From: an uncultured Candidatus Binatia bacterium
GTDB taxonomy: Bacteria > Desulfobacterota > Binatia > Bin18
DNA: 64,000 bases
Assembly: GCA_965200965.1 (NCBI GenBank)
Contig: OZ241744.1
Coordinates: 1,376,001-1,440,000, forward strand
Reading direction: 5' to 3'
Below, piece by piece: positions 19,769 to 31,499 of this stretch. Both the position numbers and the translations under genes were made by a program. Below the pieces are notes generated by a model. That model searched no databases. It was not told where the DNA came from and saw only the letters and a program-made list of their open reading frames with translations. Each line of letters begins with the position of its first letter. Positions within the stretch are counted from its first letter, which is position 1.

Positions 19769-20575
19769 ATGCCATACGCACACGTCAACCGGATTCGGCT
19801 GCACTACGACAGTCAAGGCCATGGCCAGCCTCTCTTGCTCATCATGGGCCTCGGCTCACCAGCCGCCAACTGGGACCGGCCATTTGTGGAAGCCATGACC
19901 CAGACCCACCAGGTCATCACCTACGATAACCGGGGCACCGGCCAGTCCGACAAGCCCGACGAAGACTACTCGATCGCATTGTTTGCCAGCGACGCGTCCG
20001 GACTGCTGGATGCCCTGCACATTCCCAGAGCCCATGTGTTTGGAATCTCAATGGGCGGCATGATTGCCCAAGAGTTGGCGATTCATTATCCCCAACGCCT
20101 AGCCAGCCTGACCCTCGGCTGTACCACGCCGGGCGGAAAACACGCTGTTCCGGCTCCGCCGGAATCAATGCAGGCGCTCAAAGGCCGGGTCGGCCAGACG
20201 CCGGAAGAGGCCGGCCGGGCAGCCTGGAAACTGGCCTATTCAGCAGACTATATTCGTGAGCACTGCGACGAACTTGAAGCCCACCTGCAACAGTCTTTGA
20301 CCCACGTCACACCGCGCTTTGCCTATGAACGCCATATTCAGGCAACCATGACCCTGCGCGTATTCAGGCAGCTCAAAGACATCACCGCCCCGACCTTGGT
20401 TGCGACCGGTCGTGACGATATTCTGATCCCATCCGCCAACTCCGAAATCCTGGCGCGTGAGATTCCAAACGCCGAGTTGCGCATTTTTGAGAATGCCGGA
20501 CATGGCTTTGTGACGGCCGCCCGCGATCCCTTCTTAGCCGTCTTTCAGGAGTTTCTTTCCCGGCAGAGTATCTGA
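19769..20575 (+). CDS. Alpha/beta hydrolase (3-oxoadipate enol-lactonase-like)
   Basis: YDNRGTG, GISMGG nucleophile elbow, AGH. Confidence 0.9.
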   Translation: MPYAHVNRIRLHYDSQGHGQPLLLIMGLGSPAANWDRPFVEAMTQTHQVITYDNRGTGQSDKPDEDYSIALFASDASGLLDALHIPRAHVFGISMGGMIAQELAIHYPQRLASLTLGCTTPGGKHAVPAPPESMQALKGRVGQTPEEAGRAAWKLAYSADYIREHCDELEAHLQQSLTHVTPRFAYERHIQATMTLRVFRQLKDITAPTLVATGRDDILIPSANSEILAREIPNAELRIFENAGHGFVTAARDPFLAVFQEFLSRQSI

Positions 20576-20660
20576 TTTTCCTTCGCCCTGGTGAGTGAGG
20601 GCGAGGGAATGCGCGGTGAAGACCTGCCGAGACGCTGCCTGAAGAGGCGAGGGAGAGGGT

Positions 20661-22547
<1,887 letters not shown>

Positions 22548-22631
22548 TGAGGCAGAATGACTGTCGGCTGGTCATGCAGGAATCTCTGCATATGCCGATT
22601 TCGCAGGGTTGAGGGAGGGGCAGACCTTCCT

Positions 22632-22685
22632 ACCGGATTCCCATTTTCCGGGATCGGGCAAGTACGCTGTAACCAACACTGCCGG
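22632..22685 (-). pseudogene. Fragment resembling the C-terminus of a DUF4258 (putative toxin) protein
   Basis: PAVLVTAYLPDPGKWESG resembles the VTAYxPDPxxW end motif of DUF4258; no N-terminus seen. Confidence 0.35.
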
Positions 22686-22740
22686 ATACTTGGAGGAACG
22701 ACATTCGGATAAGCGGGTCCGATTGGCCGAAGTGTTGAAT

Positions 22741-23117
22741 TCATCGTGGCGGAGGATGATCAAGGCGAAAGTAGGCAAGTCCTTCGATTGGGATGCCATC
22801 CTTACTCATACCGCCCAAATCCCCACACCTCCGGGTGGTCCCTCATCACTACCCAGAGGAATAACCCGAAGCAACGCCCGGAAGCGTTGATGTCACGGCG
22901 ACAGGCATGAGTGTAGATCGACTCAAAAACCGTACCGGTCCAATCAGAGCCTGGCATCCAGCTTGAAGTGTGGACTTCGCCGCCTTCAATCCGCCCCCAG
23001 GAGGCCGGTACGAATAGCGTCGAACTGCTCATCCGTTAGCCGAGATCGCCAGATATCAAATTCACGCCGGTGGGGGATATCCGTGATATACTGATTAGAG
23101 TCGAAGGAGTACAGCAT
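22741..23117 (-). pseudogene. Frameshifted hypothetical protein (about 125 codons)
   Basis: AG-rich RBS (GAGGAGGAG) then MLYSFDSNQYITDIPHRREF... / RIEGGEVHTSSWMPGSDWTGTVFESIY...GRYE / KDGIPIEGLAYFRL...*, split over three segments by two indels. Confidence 0.6.
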
Positions 23118-23210
23118 CCTTGCTCCTCCTCTGAATCTGACACCGTTAATGATGCGAGCGAAATACACACGCTACACCGTTATTTCCCAAAACGAGAGTC
23201 CCACAGCGGC

Positions 23211-24260
23211 CTAGCTGCCCCGCAACTCTTTGCGCACAATCCTGGCTCCGGCAACCAGGGCGTGCAACTTGGCCCGGGCCAGACCGCGCGACGAGGCCGA
23301 AAAGCCACAATCACAGCTCAGGTAGAGTTTTTCAGGATCGACGTGCTGTAAGACGATCCGTGTCCGTTCGGCCACATCTTCCGGCGTCTCCAGATACATC
23401 GACTTCACGTCAATGACCCCGGCGGCCAGCTCACGGTCCGCACCAAACTCGCTCCAGAGTTCGACTTCGGACATTTCCCGGTTCGAGAACTCCAGGGCAA
23501 ACTGCTCTGCCCTGGACTCCAGAATGCCCGGAAACAGCGGACGGTAGGTGCGTTTCGTGGCCGGGCGGCCCTGATTGTTGCCAAAGCAGATGTGCAACGC
23601 GATTTTGGCCTCGAGACCCTCAACCGTCTTATTGAACAGGGCGACCGTCTCTTCAACCGGCAGGACCGGGGTGCGACCAACCGCGGAGGGCTCATCAATC
23701 TGAATAAATGTCGCCCCCGCGGCCACCACCTGCTTGAGTTCCCGGTTCACCAGTGCGGCCAGATCATACAGCAGCGGCAGGGAGTCGCCGCTGTAGCCGG
23801 CCTTGGGGGTGATCGGCAGGGCGAGCGTCAACGGGCCTGGGCAGCACACCTTGAGCGGCTTGCAGGTCAGCTTACGCACGTCCTGGTATTCCTGGACCAA
23901 GCCAAAGCCTTCAGGCGCACCGACCCGCTCAAGTGTCTCAAAACGCGGCGCACTGTCATAGCTCATCACCCCCAGCTTGCGTTGGGCGGGAACAACGCTT
24001 AGGCCGGACAGCTTTTCGACCACATTCCACAGGAAACGCTGGCGGCGGATTTCCCCATCGCTCAGAATATCAAGCCCGGCCTCCTCCTGGTCGCACACCG
24101 CAACCCTGACCGCATCAAGAACAGCCTCTTCCAGGTCGGCCGGCCCCGCGCTGCCGGCCCGCAGCGCTCGGCGCATCGCGGTCAACCAGCCGGGTGACGC
24201 ATACGATCCCACCCCCATAGTGGGCAGGACACCAAGCTCAGTTCCGTTGAGAAGCGGCAT
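23211..24260 (-). CDS. Cobalamin-independent methionine synthase II family protein
   Basis: VGSY, SDGEIRR, IQIDEP, HICFGN, CDCG Zn-ligand motifs. Confidence 0.9.
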   Translation of the reverse strand: MPLLNGTELGVLPTMGVGSYASPGWLTAMRRALRAGSAGPADLEEAVLDAVRVAVCDQEEAGLDILSDGEIRRQRFLWNVVEKLSGLSVVPAQRKLGVMSYDSAPRFETLERVGAPEGFGLVQEYQDVRKLTCKPLKVCCPGPLTLALPITPKAGYSGDSLPLLYDLAALVNRELKQVVAAGATFIQIDEPSAVGRTPVLPVEETVALFNKTVEGLEAKIALHICFGNNQGRPATKRTYRPLFPGILESRAEQFALEFSNREMSEVELWSEFGADRELAAGVIDVKSMYLETPEDVAERTRIVLQHVDPEKLYLSCDCGFSASSRGLARAKLHALVAGARIVRKELRGS

Positions 24261-24459
24261 TGTTCAACCTCCTTCACGGCTGTGAGCCAGCCCTGTTCTT
24301 GTCGCGCTCTTGTAGCAAAAAAGCGCGCCGGTGTCTGTAAGGGCGAACGATGATTTGATGGGGCGCGTATCATCCTTCCCCCTTTCTTGCGGACACCGGC
24401 GCTTTTTCCTGTCAGCCGTCTGTGCTAGGCTGAAATGGTCCATACTGAGGGGAGTATAC

Positions 24460-25647
24460 ATGACACGGCTTGGTCGGCTGTCCATCCCGCAACGGGTCCT
24501 GCTCGGTCCAGGTCCCAGCAATGTCCATCCGCATGTCCTCCAGGCGATGTCCACCCCCTTGGTCGGTCATCTTGATCCCAAGTTCATCGAACTGATGGAC
24601 CACACCCAAGAGCTGCTGCGGTTTGTTTTCCAGACCCACAACAGGATGACCTTGCCCATCTCCGGCACCGGCAGTGCGGGTATGGAAACCTGTCTGGCCA
24701 ACCTGATTGAACCGGGAGATGAGGTCATCATTGGGGTGAACGGGGTCTTTGGCACGCGCATGGTCGAGGTTGCCGAGCGCTGCGGCGCGCGGCCATTTGC
24801 CATGCGAACAGACTGGGGCCGCGTCTTCAGCCGCGAACAGGTCCAAGAGACGCTGGACCGGTGCCGGCGGCCCAAGTTTGTCGCCTTGGTCCACGCCGAA
24901 ACCTCAACCGGTGCCTGGCAGCCGCTCGAAGAACTGGCCTCCCTCATTCACCAGGCCGGTGCCCTGTTTGTGGTGGACGCCGTGACCTCGCTGGGCGGCT
25001 GTCCGCTTGAGGTCGATAACTGGGGCATTGACGCCTGCTACAGCGGCACTCAGAAATGCCTGAGTTGTCCGCCGGGGCTATCCCCGGTGACCTTCAGTCA
25101 GGCCGCGCTAGATGTCATTGGCAGGCGCGCCTCTCGGGTCCAGAGCTGGTATCTCGACCTCAGCCTGCTGGGCAATTACTGGAGTAAAGGCCAAGCCAGG
25201 CGGGTCTATCACCACACCGCCCCAATCTCAATGATCTATGCGCTGTGTGAAGCCCTGAGCCTGGTCAAAGACGAAGGGCTATTGGCCCGTCATGCACGCC
25301 ATAGGCGCAACCACGAGGCTCTAGCGGCCGGCCTCAAAGCCCTGGGCATGGAACTGGTCGCCGAGGAGGGCCACCGGCTGTGGATGCTCAACAGCGTCAG
25401 CGTACCCGACAGAATTGACGAGGCCGCGGTGCGCACTACCCTGCTGAACGACTACAACATTGAGATCGGTGCCGGACTAGGCGATTTTGCCGGCAAGGTG
25501 TGGCGGATTGGGCTTATGGGAGAGTCCAGCTCTCAGGAAAACGTCTTGCTCCTGTTGGAATCTCTGGAAGCGGTGTTGGGTCACCACGGCCATCAACGTC
25601 AGCCTGGAGACGCTGCCCGGGCGGCGCGGCAAGTCTACGCCACCTAA
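24460..25647 (+). CDS. Alanine-glyoxylate/serine-pyruvate aminotransferase (class V PLP)
   Basis: LLGPGPS, VHAETSTG, DAVTSLGG, SGTQKCL, YHHTAP. Confidence 0.92.
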   Translation: MTRLGRLSIPQRVLLGPGPSNVHPHVLQAMSTPLVGHLDPKFIELMDHTQELLRFVFQTHNRMTLPISGTGSAGMETCLANLIEPGDEVIIGVNGVFGTRMVEVAERCGARPFAMRTDWGRVFSREQVQETLDRCRRPKFVALVHAETSTGAWQPLEELASLIHQAGALFVVDAVTSLGGCPLEVDNWGIDACYSGTQKCLSCPPGLSPVTFSQAALDVIGRRASRVQSWYLDLSLLGNYWSKGQARRVYHHTAPISMIYALCEALSLVKDEGLLARHARHRRNHEALAAGLKALGMELVAEEGHRLWMLNSVSVPDRIDEAAVRTTLLNDYNIEIGAGLGDFAGKVWRIGLMGESSSQENVLLLLESLEAVLGHHGHQRQPGDAARAARQVYAT

Positions 25648-25674
25648 CCCAAAACGCAAAGGTGGAGCAGGAAG

Positions 25675-26841
25675 ATGGAGATGTGGATCAGGCTGGGAAG
25701 GTCGTATTTTTGCCGTTTGCCGTTTGTCATTTGCCTTTTGACCCTTCTTGTCTTCCTCCTCCCTCCCCTCCACGCCGCCCCGCCCATCCTCGTCCGCCTC
25801 GCCCCCCACAGCGCGCCCGCCCTGTACGACGACCTCAGCCGCACCTCTCTCAAGTATGCGGTGAGACGCAGCCTCACGGCACTCCGCCCCAGACCCGACG
25901 CCGCACCCGTGGTCTTTGGCGCTCAGCGCCTGAGCCTGAGCCACCTCCGTAACAGCCTGCAACACTTTTACACCCTGCTGGAAACCGAAGAAGACCTAGC
26001 TGCCGCGGTCCTGCGCGACTTTGATATCTACCGGGCCAACGCTCAGATCCTGTTTACCGGCTACCATGAGCCGCTGCTCAGGGGCAGCCTAGTCCGCACC
26101 CAACGCTACCGCTATCCCCTCTACCGCACGCCCGACGACCTGGTCAAACTCGCCCCGGCCTCGGGCCAGAGCACCCCGCGGGTCGGGCGCTGGATCAAGG
26201 GCCGGTTCGTGCCCTACTTCACCCGGGCCGACATTGATGGTCGGGGTGTGCTGGCCAACAGACGTTGTGAGCTTGCCTGGCTGGATGACCCGGTAGCCCT
26301 GTTCTTCTTGCACATTCAAGGCTCTGGACAGATTGAACTGACGGACGGCTCACGCCTGCGGGTCGGCTATGCCGGCACAAACGGACACCCCTATACCAGT
26401 ATTGGCAAACACCTGCGCCAACAGGGCAAACTCCAACCCGGAGCCACCGCTGCTCCGGATATCAAGCGCTACCTGTATACCCACCCCGAAGAACAGAACG
26501 CCATTTTTTTTCAGAATCGGCGCTATGTTTTTTTTCGACCCAGCCGGGGCGAGCCGCGCGGCAGCCTCGGCAGCCGGCTGACCGCCGGACGTTCGATTGC
26601 CACCGACCCCCGGGTCTATCCGCTCGGCGCACTTGGATTTATCCGCACCAGAAAACCCCATGTCAGTCGCCACCAGGACTTGGCTTGGCAGCCCTTTTCT
26701 CGTTTTGTACTGCTTCAGGATAGCGGCGCAGCAATTCGCGGTCCCGGGCGGGCGGATATCTTCTGGGGCAGTGGCGACCAGATTGAAGCCGGCTATATGG
26801 CCGAGCAGGGCGAACTCTACCTGCTGCTGAAAAAGCGCTAA
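25675..26841 (+). CDS. mltA: Membrane-bound lytic murein transglycosylase A
   Basis: FTGYHEP, FFLHIQGSG, SIATDP, QDSGAAIRGPGRADIFWG. Confidence 0.9.
   Translation: MEMWIRLGRSYFCRLPFVICLLTLLVFLLPPLHAAPPILVRLAPHSAPALYDDLSRTSLKYAVRRSLTALRPRPDAAPVVFGAQRLSLSHLRNSLQHFYTLLETEEDLAAAVLRDFDIYRANAQILFTGYHEPLLRGSLVRTQRYRYPLYRTPDDLVKLAPASGQSTPRVGRWIKGRFVPYFTRADIDGRGVLANRRCELAWLDDPVALFFLHIQGSGQIELTDGSRLRVGYAGTNGHPYTSIGKHLRQQGKLQPGATAAPDIKRYLYTHPEEQNAIFFQNRRYVFFRPSRGEPRGSLGSRLTAGRSIATDPRVYPLGALGFIRTRKPHVSRHQDLAWQPFSRFVLLQDSGAAIRGPGRADIFWGSGDQIEAGYMAEQGELYLLLKKR
25709..25740. repeat. Short heptamer tandem repeat (TTTGCCG-like, about 4.5 copies)
   Basis: tttgccg tttgccg tttgtca tttgcct tttg in the mltA signal-peptide region. 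Confidence 0.55.
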
Positions 26842-27275
26842 TGGGCAAACAGATCAGGGCAATGTCAGCACCAGCCATTCCCACCAGGGGACTGCGCCAT
26901 GTAGCCCTCAACGTTGCCGATGTTGCGACCTCGGTCGCCTTTTACACCGAACTGTTCGGGATGCGGGTCGTCTGGCAGCCCGATGCCGAGAATGCCTATC
27001 TGTCGTCCGGCTGCGACAACCTTGCCCTGCACCGGGCCTCACCCGAGCCACCGAGCCAAGCGGCCGGACAGCGGCTCGCCCATCTTGGTTTTGTGGTTGC
27101 CGACCCAATCGATGTGGACCGGGCGGCCGAGATGCTGAGCGCCCGGCAGGTCCCCATCGTTGCCGCTCCGCGAACCCACCGAGACGGGAGCCGCTCCCTG
27201 TACTGCAAGGACCCGGACGGCACCCTGATCCAGGTCCTGTATGAACCACGCCTCAGTCCCCAACAATTCGGCTGA
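26841..27275 (+). CDS. VOC/glyoxalase family protein
   Basis: LRHVALNV, FYTELFGM, HLGF, YCKDPDG. Confidence 0.85.
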   Translation: MGKQIRAMSAPAIPTRGLRHVALNVADVATSVAFYTELFGMRVVWQPDAENAYLSSGCDNLALHRASPEPPSQAAGQRLAHLGFVVADPIDVDRAAEMLSARQVPIVAAPRTHRDGSRSLYCKDPDGTLIQVLYEPRLSPQQFG

Positions 27276-28011
27276 TGGCCTTTCCCCCTTGCAGTACGCC
27301 GCCGCCTGGGCGGTCCATGTCTATACAGCTTCGGGCTTTGTCGTTGGCTTTCTGGCTCTGCGGGCAACCGTGGACGGGCGGCCGCAGAGCGCCTTCTCGT
27401 GGATGCTGATCGCCGTGCTGATTGATGCGACAGACGGGATGCTGGCCCGAGCCGCACAGGTCAAACGGATCGTGCCGTGGTTCAACGGGGCCAAACTCGA
27501 CGACCTCGTTGACTATTTCACCTATGTCATCGTCCCCGCTGTGTTTGTCTATCAGTTCCAGCTTCTGCCGGCCTCAGCCGGCCTGCCCTTTGCCGGCCTC
27601 ATCCTTGTGGCCAGCGGCTATGGCTTCTGTCAGGCCGAGGCCAAAACCGCGGATTTCTTCTTCAGCGGTTTTCCATCGTACTGGAATATCGTGGTCTTCT
27701 ACCTGTATGCCGCCCAGACGCCAGCTTGGCTGAACGCCGGCGTGGTGGCCTTGTGCGCCGGCCTCGTCTTTGTGCCCATTCGGTATGTCTATCCCTCCCG
27801 TACCGTCCCTTTGCGTGGCCTGACCACCAGCCTTGGGGTGGCCTGGGCCGTCCTGCTGGGCATCCTCATCTGGCAGCTGCCCAGCCCGAACCGGTGGCTG
27901 CTCGGAGCGTCGTTGAGCTACCCACTCTACTACACGCTCCTGTCCGTCTACCTGCAAACCACACTGCCACGCGCGGCTAAGGCCAAACAGACCGCGAGTT
28001 CTCCACGATAA
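27241..28011 (+). CDS. pcs: Phosphatidylcholine synthase-like CDP-alcohol phosphatidyltransferase
   Basis: AWAVHVYTASG, DATDGMLAR, LDDLVDY, FFSGFPSYWN, YVYPSR. Confidence 0.75.
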   Translation: MNHASVPNNSADGLSPLQYAAAWAVHVYTASGFVVGFLALRATVDGRPQSAFSWMLIAVLIDATDGMLARAAQVKRIVPWFNGAKLDDLVDYFTYVIVPAVFVYQFQLLPASAGLPFAGLILVASGYGFCQAEAKTADFFFSGFPSYWNIVVFYLYAAQTPAWLNAGVVALCAGLVFVPIRYVYPSRTVPLRGLTTSLGVAWAVLLGILIWQLPSPNRWLLGASLSYPLYYTLLSVYLQTTLPRAAKAKQTASSPR

Positions 28012-28720
28012 GGGGAGAATCCGGACGCCAGGACCGGAACCGTTTCTTGCGCGCCCGCCAACGCTTGAAGGCCAAAGACAGCGGGCCACCGACGACGCCG
28101 GCCACAAATCCCCCCACATGCGCCCCCCATGTCATCAACTGCTCGTTGCGGGCGAGGAGATAGAGTTCAGAGCCGAGCAACAAGACCAGCCAGACCAGCA
28201 CATAGCCAAGGGTCGGAACCCGAACAAGCCGGAAAACAGGCGGAATGACCGTCAGAACGCGCCCGGTCGGATAAAAGACACAGTAGGCCCCGGCCAGCGC
28301 GGCAATGGTACCGCTGGCCCCGATCATCGGTACGGTCGAAAACGGTGCTACCCAGGTCTGCACCAGCATGGCCACCGCTCCGCCGAAGCAGAAGAAGACG
28401 ACATAGCGGCCAGCGCCCAGCCGATCCTCGACATGCCGACCAAAGACATACAGAAAAAACAGGTTGCCGATCAAATGGGTCCATCTGCCGTGTAAGAACA
28501 TACTGCTCAGGAGGGGCGAGAGGCGCGGGAACTGGCGCTGCTCAATGGCTTCGGTGAACTCGGCCGGAATCCAGCCGTAGCGGGCAAAAAACGCATCCAG
28601 GCCGGGGCCGTTGTGGTGTTGGTCCAATTCATAGCCGAACAGGCCGATACAGGCCACCATCACGGCGCAGGTTGCCCACGGAGGGCGCTGCAAAGGGATC
28701 GTTGAGCCGAGTGGAATCAT
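27977..28720 (-). CDS. Rhomboid family intramembrane serine protease
   Basis: SMFLHG, HLIGN, GASG, AHVGGF. Confidence 0.9.
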   Translation of the reverse strand: MIPLGSTIPLQRPPWATCAVMVACIGLFGYELDQHHNGPGLDAFFARYGWIPAEFTEAIEQRQFPRLSPLLSSMFLHGRWTHLIGNLFFLYVFGRHVEDRLGAGRYVVFFCFGGAVAMLVQTWVAPFSTVPMIGASGTIAALAGAYCVFYPTGRVLTVIPPVFRLVRVPTLGYVLVWLVLLLGSELYLLARNEQLMTWGAHVGGFVAGVVGGPLSLAFKRWRARKKRFRSWRPDSPLIVENSRSVWP

Positions 28721-28814
28721 GGGGGCAGAAACGCTGGGAGAGCTTGTGTTGTGTGCCGGACTTAGCGAGCTCCTTATAGCACCAGCGTGTCAGGTATGAT
28801 AGGAGAAGAGGACG

Positions 28815-29159
28815 ATGCCGATTTACGATTACCGCTGCCAAGCGTGTCACACAACGCAGAGTCTGCTCTTCCTCAGCCTGGTTGAGGCCGAGGCTGAGGA
28901 GCGGACGGCCACCTGTCAGCGGTGCGGCAAACCTCGGCTCAGCCGCATCCTGTCCCGTTTTGCCTACCATCAGAGCGAGGCGATCCGTCTCCAGGACTTT
29001 GATACCGGTACCGCGCGGGACGAATCCTTCTACCGCGACTCTCGCAATGTCGGTCTGTGGGCAAAGAAACGGGCCGAAGAGATGGGGGTTGACCTGGGGG
29101 CACAGTTTGAAGAAACCGTGGAAAAAGCCCGGAGCGGGAAGATCGGCGATGATCTCTAA
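28815..29159 (+). CDS. FmdB-family zinc-ribbon protein
   Basis: MPIYDYRCQAC...CQRCG. Confidence 0.85.
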   Translation: MPIYDYRCQACHTTQSLLFLSLVEAEAEERTATCQRCGKPRLSRILSRFAYHQSEAIRLQDFDTGTARDESFYRDSRNVGLWAKKRAEEMGVDLGAQFEETVEKARSGKIGDDL

Positions 29160-29222
29160 ACGCTCTCTGCCCTCATCGCCCGCGCCCGCGGCCTCCCGCT
29201 TGTCCGGGCATAGGTCGGTGCT

Positions 29223-29507
29223 ATGATCCGTCGGGCGCGCACCCTCGTGTGGCGGGCGTGTCGCGTGGTCGGCGGGATTGCGCTCGTCGTGGTCGGCGGC
29301 GTGCTCAGTCTCCCCGGCATCCCAGGTCCCGGCATTGTGGTGGTCATCTTGGGCTTGGGCCTGCTGAGTTCGGAGTTTCACTGGGCCGACCGGCTGTACA
29401 GCCGGGTCAAGAAGACGGGCCAGGCCCTTGTCCGGCGCGCGCAATCAAAAAGGAAGGGCACGGATGGATGCCAAGGACCGTTTGGGCAGTCAACGCGACA
29501 GGGCTGA
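29223..29507 (+). CDS. PGPGW-family small membrane protein
   Basis: LPGIPGPGIVVVILGLGLLSSEFHWA. Confidence 0.7.
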   Translation: MIRRARTLVWRACRVVGGIALVVVGGVLSLPGIPGPGIVVVILGLGLLSSEFHWADRLYSRVKKTGQALVRRAQSKRKGTDGCQGPFGQSTRQG

Positions 29508-29624
29508 GAAGGGAAACGATAACACCCGCACTCATCAAGAAGATATCATCGTTCGCCTGTGCCGAAGAAGCGCACTATTTTGCCAAGCGCGACCACGAGC
29601 CCGTCGGTAAAAAGGAGGGGGTCA

Positions 29625-30242
29625 ATGTCCAACACCATCACGCTGTACGATTTCCCCATGTCCCCACGGGTCCGCAAGGTCCGCATCGTACTGGCTGAAA
29701 AGGGCCTGGAGTACGAAAAGGTGAACATTGATATCACCAAAGGCGAGCAGAAAACGCCCGAATATCTGGCCATCAACCCCTACGGCAAGGTGCCAGCCCT
29801 CCAGGACACGGGGACGACCGTGTACGAGTCAACTATTATCATGGAGTACCTGAACGACACCTGCCCAGACCCGGCCCTCCTGCCCCAAGACCCCGGCCAA
29901 CGCGCCCGGGCGCGTGTCCTCATGCACTACGCCGACAATCCGTATGAAAGCGCTATTGCCACCTTGGCCGGGGAAATCATCTTCAAGCCGATGCAAGGCG
30001 GCAGCCCGGACAGGGCGGTGGTAAGTCAGGCCACGGCCGACCTGAACACCTGCTTTGACAAAATCGCCCACGAGTTGGGCAAGCAGGACTATCTCTCAGC
30101 CTCGGGCTTCAGCCTGGCCGATATCGCGTATGTGTCCTGGTCGCTGCTGTTTCCTGTGCTCAAGGTCACGGTCCCTCACCCCAGACTCGAGGCGTGGCTT
30201 AAACGGCTGCAAGAGCGGCCGAGTGTTCAGGCCGCGGGGTGA
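29625..30242 (+). CDS. Glutathione S-transferase
   Basis: SPRVRKVRIVLAEKG, NPYGKVP, YESTIIMEYL, FSLADI. Confidence 0.92.
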   Translation: MSNTITLYDFPMSPRVRKVRIVLAEKGLEYEKVNIDITKGEQKTPEYLAINPYGKVPALQDTGTTVYESTIIMEYLNDTCPDPALLPQDPGQRARARVLMHYADNPYESAIATLAGEIIFKPMQGGSPDRAVVSQATADLNTCFDKIAHELGKQDYLSASGFSLADIAYVSWSLLFPVLKVTVPHPRLEAWLKRLQERPSVQAAG

Positions 30243-30257
30243 AGGCGAAGGGCAAAT

Positions 30258-30932
30258 ATGTTCAGCGGGATTATTGAGACGAGCGGGACGATTACCCGGA
30301 TTGACGCCATCGCCGAGGGGGTGCGGCTCAGCCTGTCGAGTGCGCTGCCGGTGGCTGAGGTCAATCTTGGGGAAAGTATTTGTGTCAACGGGACCTGCCT
30401 GACGGTGACCGAGGTCGGTGACTCAGGGCTGAGCTTTGCGGTCTCGGCCGAGTCGCTGCGGCGCACCAACTTGGGCGAGTTGAGGCTAGGCTCGGTCGTC
30501 AACCTTGAGCGTTCGCTGCGGCTGGAGGGCCGTTTGTCCGGCCATCTGGTCTTTGGCCATGTTGACGGCCTCGGCTCAGTTGCCTCAATTCAGGCCGAGG
30601 GAGATTCGTTTCTGTACACCTTTGCGATTCCGCGGGAGTTGAGCCGCTATCTGGTTGAAAAGGGATCGGTTGCGGTGGACGGCATCAGTCTGACGGTTTT
30701 TGACTGTCAGCCACGGTCCTTCACCTGCTCAATCATTCCCCATACCTATCAACTCACAACCCTCAAACACCGCCAGACCGGCGACCGGGTCAATATCGAG
30801 GCCGATATGCAGGGCAAGTATATCGAGCAGTTTGTCAAAGAGACGCTTGAGGGCTATCTGTCAGGCCCGCTCCAGGAACTGCGCAATGAGTTGGCATCGC
30901 TCAGACGACAGCTGCAAGAGCCGAAAACATAA
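30258..30932 (+). CDS. ribE: Riboflavin synthase (alpha chain)
   Basis: MFSGIIE, VNGTCLTV, GHLVFGHVD, KGSVAVDGISLT. Confidence 0.95.
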   Translation: MFSGIIETSGTITRIDAIAEGVRLSLSSALPVAEVNLGESICVNGTCLTVTEVGDSGLSFAVSAESLRRTNLGELRLGSVVNLERSLRLEGRLSGHLVFGHVDGLGSVASIQAEGDSFLYTFAIPRELSRYLVEKGSVAVDGISLTVFDCQPRSFTCSIIPHTYQLTTLKHRQTGDRVNIEADMQGKYIEQFVKETLEGYLSGPLQELRNELASLRRQLQEPKT

Positions 30933-31103
30933 AACGTGTCTGCTGTCCGTCCACGCCACCCGCGCCTTGGACTGATGCACTGCCTCTCGCCGCGCCCCCT
31001 CCGCAATTGACCCGCTGTCGCCGATACGATAGCACAGGCTACGACAGCGTGCGCCTCAGACACGCCTGATAGGAAAGCCGAGCATACAGGGAGGAGGACA
31101 ACC

Positions 31104-31457
31104 ATGACCTACATCATCACCAGGCTGTGTCGAGACTGCCTTGACACCGGCTGTGTGGCCGTCTGCCCGGTAGACTGCATCTATAAATACACCGGTGATG
31201 ACCACGAGCGGTTCCCCAACCAACTCTACATTCATCCTGACGAATGTATTGACTGTGGAGCGTGTGAGCCGGAATGTCCCTGGCAAGCCATTTTTGAGGA
31301 GGTGGCCGTCCCTGACGTGTTTGCCGAGGATACGCCCTTGAACTATGCGATGGTTGAGCCGATCGACGACTTTGAGGTCGCCGTTCACGAGAAACCGGAC
31401 AATCCCTCGCCCGAGGAAATCCAAGCCAATAAAGAGAAATGGGGCTGGGACGGCTGA
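31104..31457 (+). CDS. Ferredoxin (FdxA-like dicluster)
   Basis: [26 protein letters not shown]...[12 protein letters not shown]. Confidence 0.9.
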   Translation: MTYIITRLCRDCLDTGCVAVCPVDCIYKYTGDDHERFPNQLYIHPDECIDCGACEPECPWQAIFEEVAVPDVFAEDTPLNYAMVEPIDDFEVAVHEKPDNPSPEEIQANKEKWGWDG

Positions 31458-31466
31458 CACGAACAA

Positions 31467-31491
31467 GGCAAAGGGCGCGCGGCCCTTTGCC
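31467..31491. terminator. Hairpin between convergent genes
   Basis: GGCAAAGGGC-GCGCG-GCCCTTTGCC perfect 10-bp stem. Confidence 0.6.
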
Positions 31492-31499
31492 CGGCCTCG

